Positions 62,991 through 64,000 of a DNA stretch of 64,000 nucleotides are shown piece by piece. Origin of the DNA: Octopus vulgaris (taxonomy: Eukaryota); contig OX597815.1 in NCBI GenBank assembly GCA_951406725.2, forward strand, positions 115,258,001 through 115,322,000, read 5' to 3'. The position numbers and the translations under genes were made by a program. Every line of letters begins with the position of its first letter. Position 1 is the stretch's first letter. The notes below the pieces were generated by a model, which worked only from the letters and a program-made list of their open reading frames with translations, was not told the origin of the DNA and did not search any database.

Positions 62991-63144
62991 GTAGACTTTG
63001 ATTAATATATACAGGGTTGGACAAAATAATACATTTTCGTTGCCACTGCCTAACACGAACAAACCCTATGTCACCAGGACTGGCCGCACTGTGCATTGGC
63101 CTAAAAACATCCAGCACTGAGGAAAACATTGATTGTGTTCACCA

Positions 63145-63739
63145 CATGATGATAGATGATAGATGACACTTTCCCACCTGCTTCAAAGAAGGCCAAGGTC
63201 ATCTCATCTGCAGGGAAGGTGAGGTTTGTCTTTTGAATTGCAAAATGCATTGTGTTTATTGACTATCTTCAAAAAGGCCTCACCATCAATGGAGAGTACT
63301 ATGCCAACTTGCTGAGGAGTTATGAAAGACTATCAAGATCAAATGCTCAGGAAAACTGATGAAAGGGGTCTTGTTTCACAAGGTCAATGCTCCTGCACAC
63401 AAGTTCTTGGCTTCAGTGGCTACTGTGCATGACCATAGCTTTGAACTGGTTGATCACCCTTTTATTCTCCTGATTTGGCCCCATCTGACTCTCATCTCCA
63501 ACATAAAAAACACTTGGCTGGGAACCAGTATCACAGTAATGATAATGTCATGTATGCTGTCAATGACTTGGTTGACAAACAGGATGAAAGCATCTTCACC
63601 AATGGGATCCAAGCACTGCAACATCAATAGATGAAGTGTGTGGATTGTAAAGGGGACTATGTAGAAAAACAAATCTCATTTGGTTGCATTCCATGAGAAT
63701 ATCTTGGTCAGCCTATGAACTTTTTAGCTGATCTTTGTA
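63145..63739 (+). mobile_element. mariner 3' relic
   Basis: KKAKVISSAGKV, FIDYLQKGLTINGEYYANLL, VLFHKVNAPAH and a degenerate HPPYSPDLAPSD. Confidence 0.8.
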
Positions 63740-63744
63740 GATGT

Positions 63745-63910
63745 ATACAAAACAGGCTTCCATACATTTTCCATCTACCAAATTCACTTACAAGGCATTG
63801 GTTGACTTCAGGCTATATAGAAGACACTTGTCAAAGGTACTGTGCTGTAGGTCTAAACACACATGGTTGCAAAGTGATCTTCCTACCCACACAACCATAC
63901 CTGTGCCTAC
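63745..63910 (-). mobile_element. SINE family A 5' half, degraded
   Basis: Homology to 547-700. Confidence 0.65.
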
Positions 63911-64000
63911 ATAGAGGAGAAACAAATCCATAAAACAACAAGCAAATCTCTACATGGTTACTCACCTGTTATAATTAGCTACCAAACCTATTTTCTACCA

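Overview
AT-rich, microsatellite-dense animal genomic DNA made almost entirely of transposable elements. The repeat complement suggests a coleoid cephalopod such as Octopus, but this is an inference. No host protein-coding gene could be supported. The main contents are: a full-length but pol-disabled Ty3/gypsy LTR retrotransposon (9823-15063; 418-bp LTRs, CCTA TSD, tRNA-Trp-type PBS, PPT, -1 frameshift signal); an older gypsy relic and a solo LTR; about 20 5'-truncated copies of an RTE-type LINE family with (GAT)n tails; Helitron relics and non-autonomous Helitrons; a complete Tc1-like element with a DD36E triad; mariner relics including a fold-back derivative; piggyBac-type TTAA MITEs; Penelope-like fragments with hammerhead-ribozyme cores; CR1 and RLE-type LINE fragments; several SINE families; and a 100-N gap. 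The most notable observations are a C4HC3 PHD-type finger inserted inside the RTE reverse transcriptase domain and a tandem array of candidate compact H-type pseudoknots in the 3' UTR of the same LINE family. Boundaries of degraded elements are approximate.
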